From NCBI GenBank assembly GCA_024137785.1, contig JAHRHZ010000021.1, positions 36,801,691-36,865,690 of the forward strand: a DNA stretch of 64,000 nucleotides, written 5' to 3'. Positions within the stretch are counted from its first letter, which is position 1, and each line of letters begins with the position of its first letter. Shown piece after piece: positions 63,598-64,000 of this stretch. The translations under genes were made by a program, and so were the position numbers. The DNA is from Ginglymostoma cirratum. Lineage: Eukaryota. Below the pieces are notes generated by a model. That model searched no databases and was not told the origin of the DNA. It worked only from the letters and a program-made list of their open reading frames with translations.

Positions 63598-64000
63598 TGA
63601 AGGGTCAAATTGAGCGAATGTGATATATATGAAATTCCAGGAAGTCTTCAACAAGGCACTGGACAGGAAACTATTAGAAGAGATTAATCAGTTTGGAACA
63701 GAGGAGAAATAACAATAATTCATAAATAATCTAAAACTTTTAGTCTGTGAGGAATTATTCAGAAATATTTTGAAACAGTTCACATTTTTCTTTTAATTTG
63801 AGAATAGTACAAAGATGCCACAGAAGACAACATTTTAGAAGAAATTAAGCAAGTTGCTCCTTTTTTAAAAAAAGAAATTTAAATGGAACTATGGGCTTTA
63901 ATTTGACTTTGCCTGCAATGGAATTGTTAGAAGTGTAGTTCGGGTGGCAATATAAACACCCAAACTCTCAATGTCCAACACCAAAAAAGTGAGAAACAAA

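Noticed and set aside
1-64000. CRISPR arrays, operons or prokaryotic defence systems
   Set aside because: Vertebrate intron/exon DNA; the repeats are dispersed with TSDs, not regularly spaced.

Overview
Eukaryotic, AT-rich, repeat-rich vertebrate DNA. The repeat content (HE1-type V-SINE, CR1/HER1-like LINEs, L2, Penelope-like elements) suggests a cartilaginous fish, most likely a shark (inference). The one confidently identified host gene is wnt5b on the minus strand. It has four coding exons (36417-36496, 35197-35444, 25126-25418, 15404-15862), all GT-AG and phase-compatible, giving 1080 nt or 359 aa, and its 5' region is CpG-rich. The rest is mostly transposon debris: a near-full-length degenerate Penelope-like element (RT + GIY-YIG), two long CR1 LINEs, an internally deleted Ty3/Gypsy element with both LTRs, a candidate solo LTR, two Harbinger transposase fossils, L2 fragments and SINEs. 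The most interesting signal is that the Penelope terminal repeat carries a minimal hammerhead ribozyme motif (CUGANGA-A-stem II-GAAAC-GUC). This ~100-nt module is scattered through the window as solo insertions with target-site duplications, as inverted pairs, and in one composite insertion that captured a reverse-complement copy of nearby genomic DNA. Also noted are a candidate unannotated spliced gene at 476-1713 (minus) and an open in-frame 19-codon leader in wnt5b.
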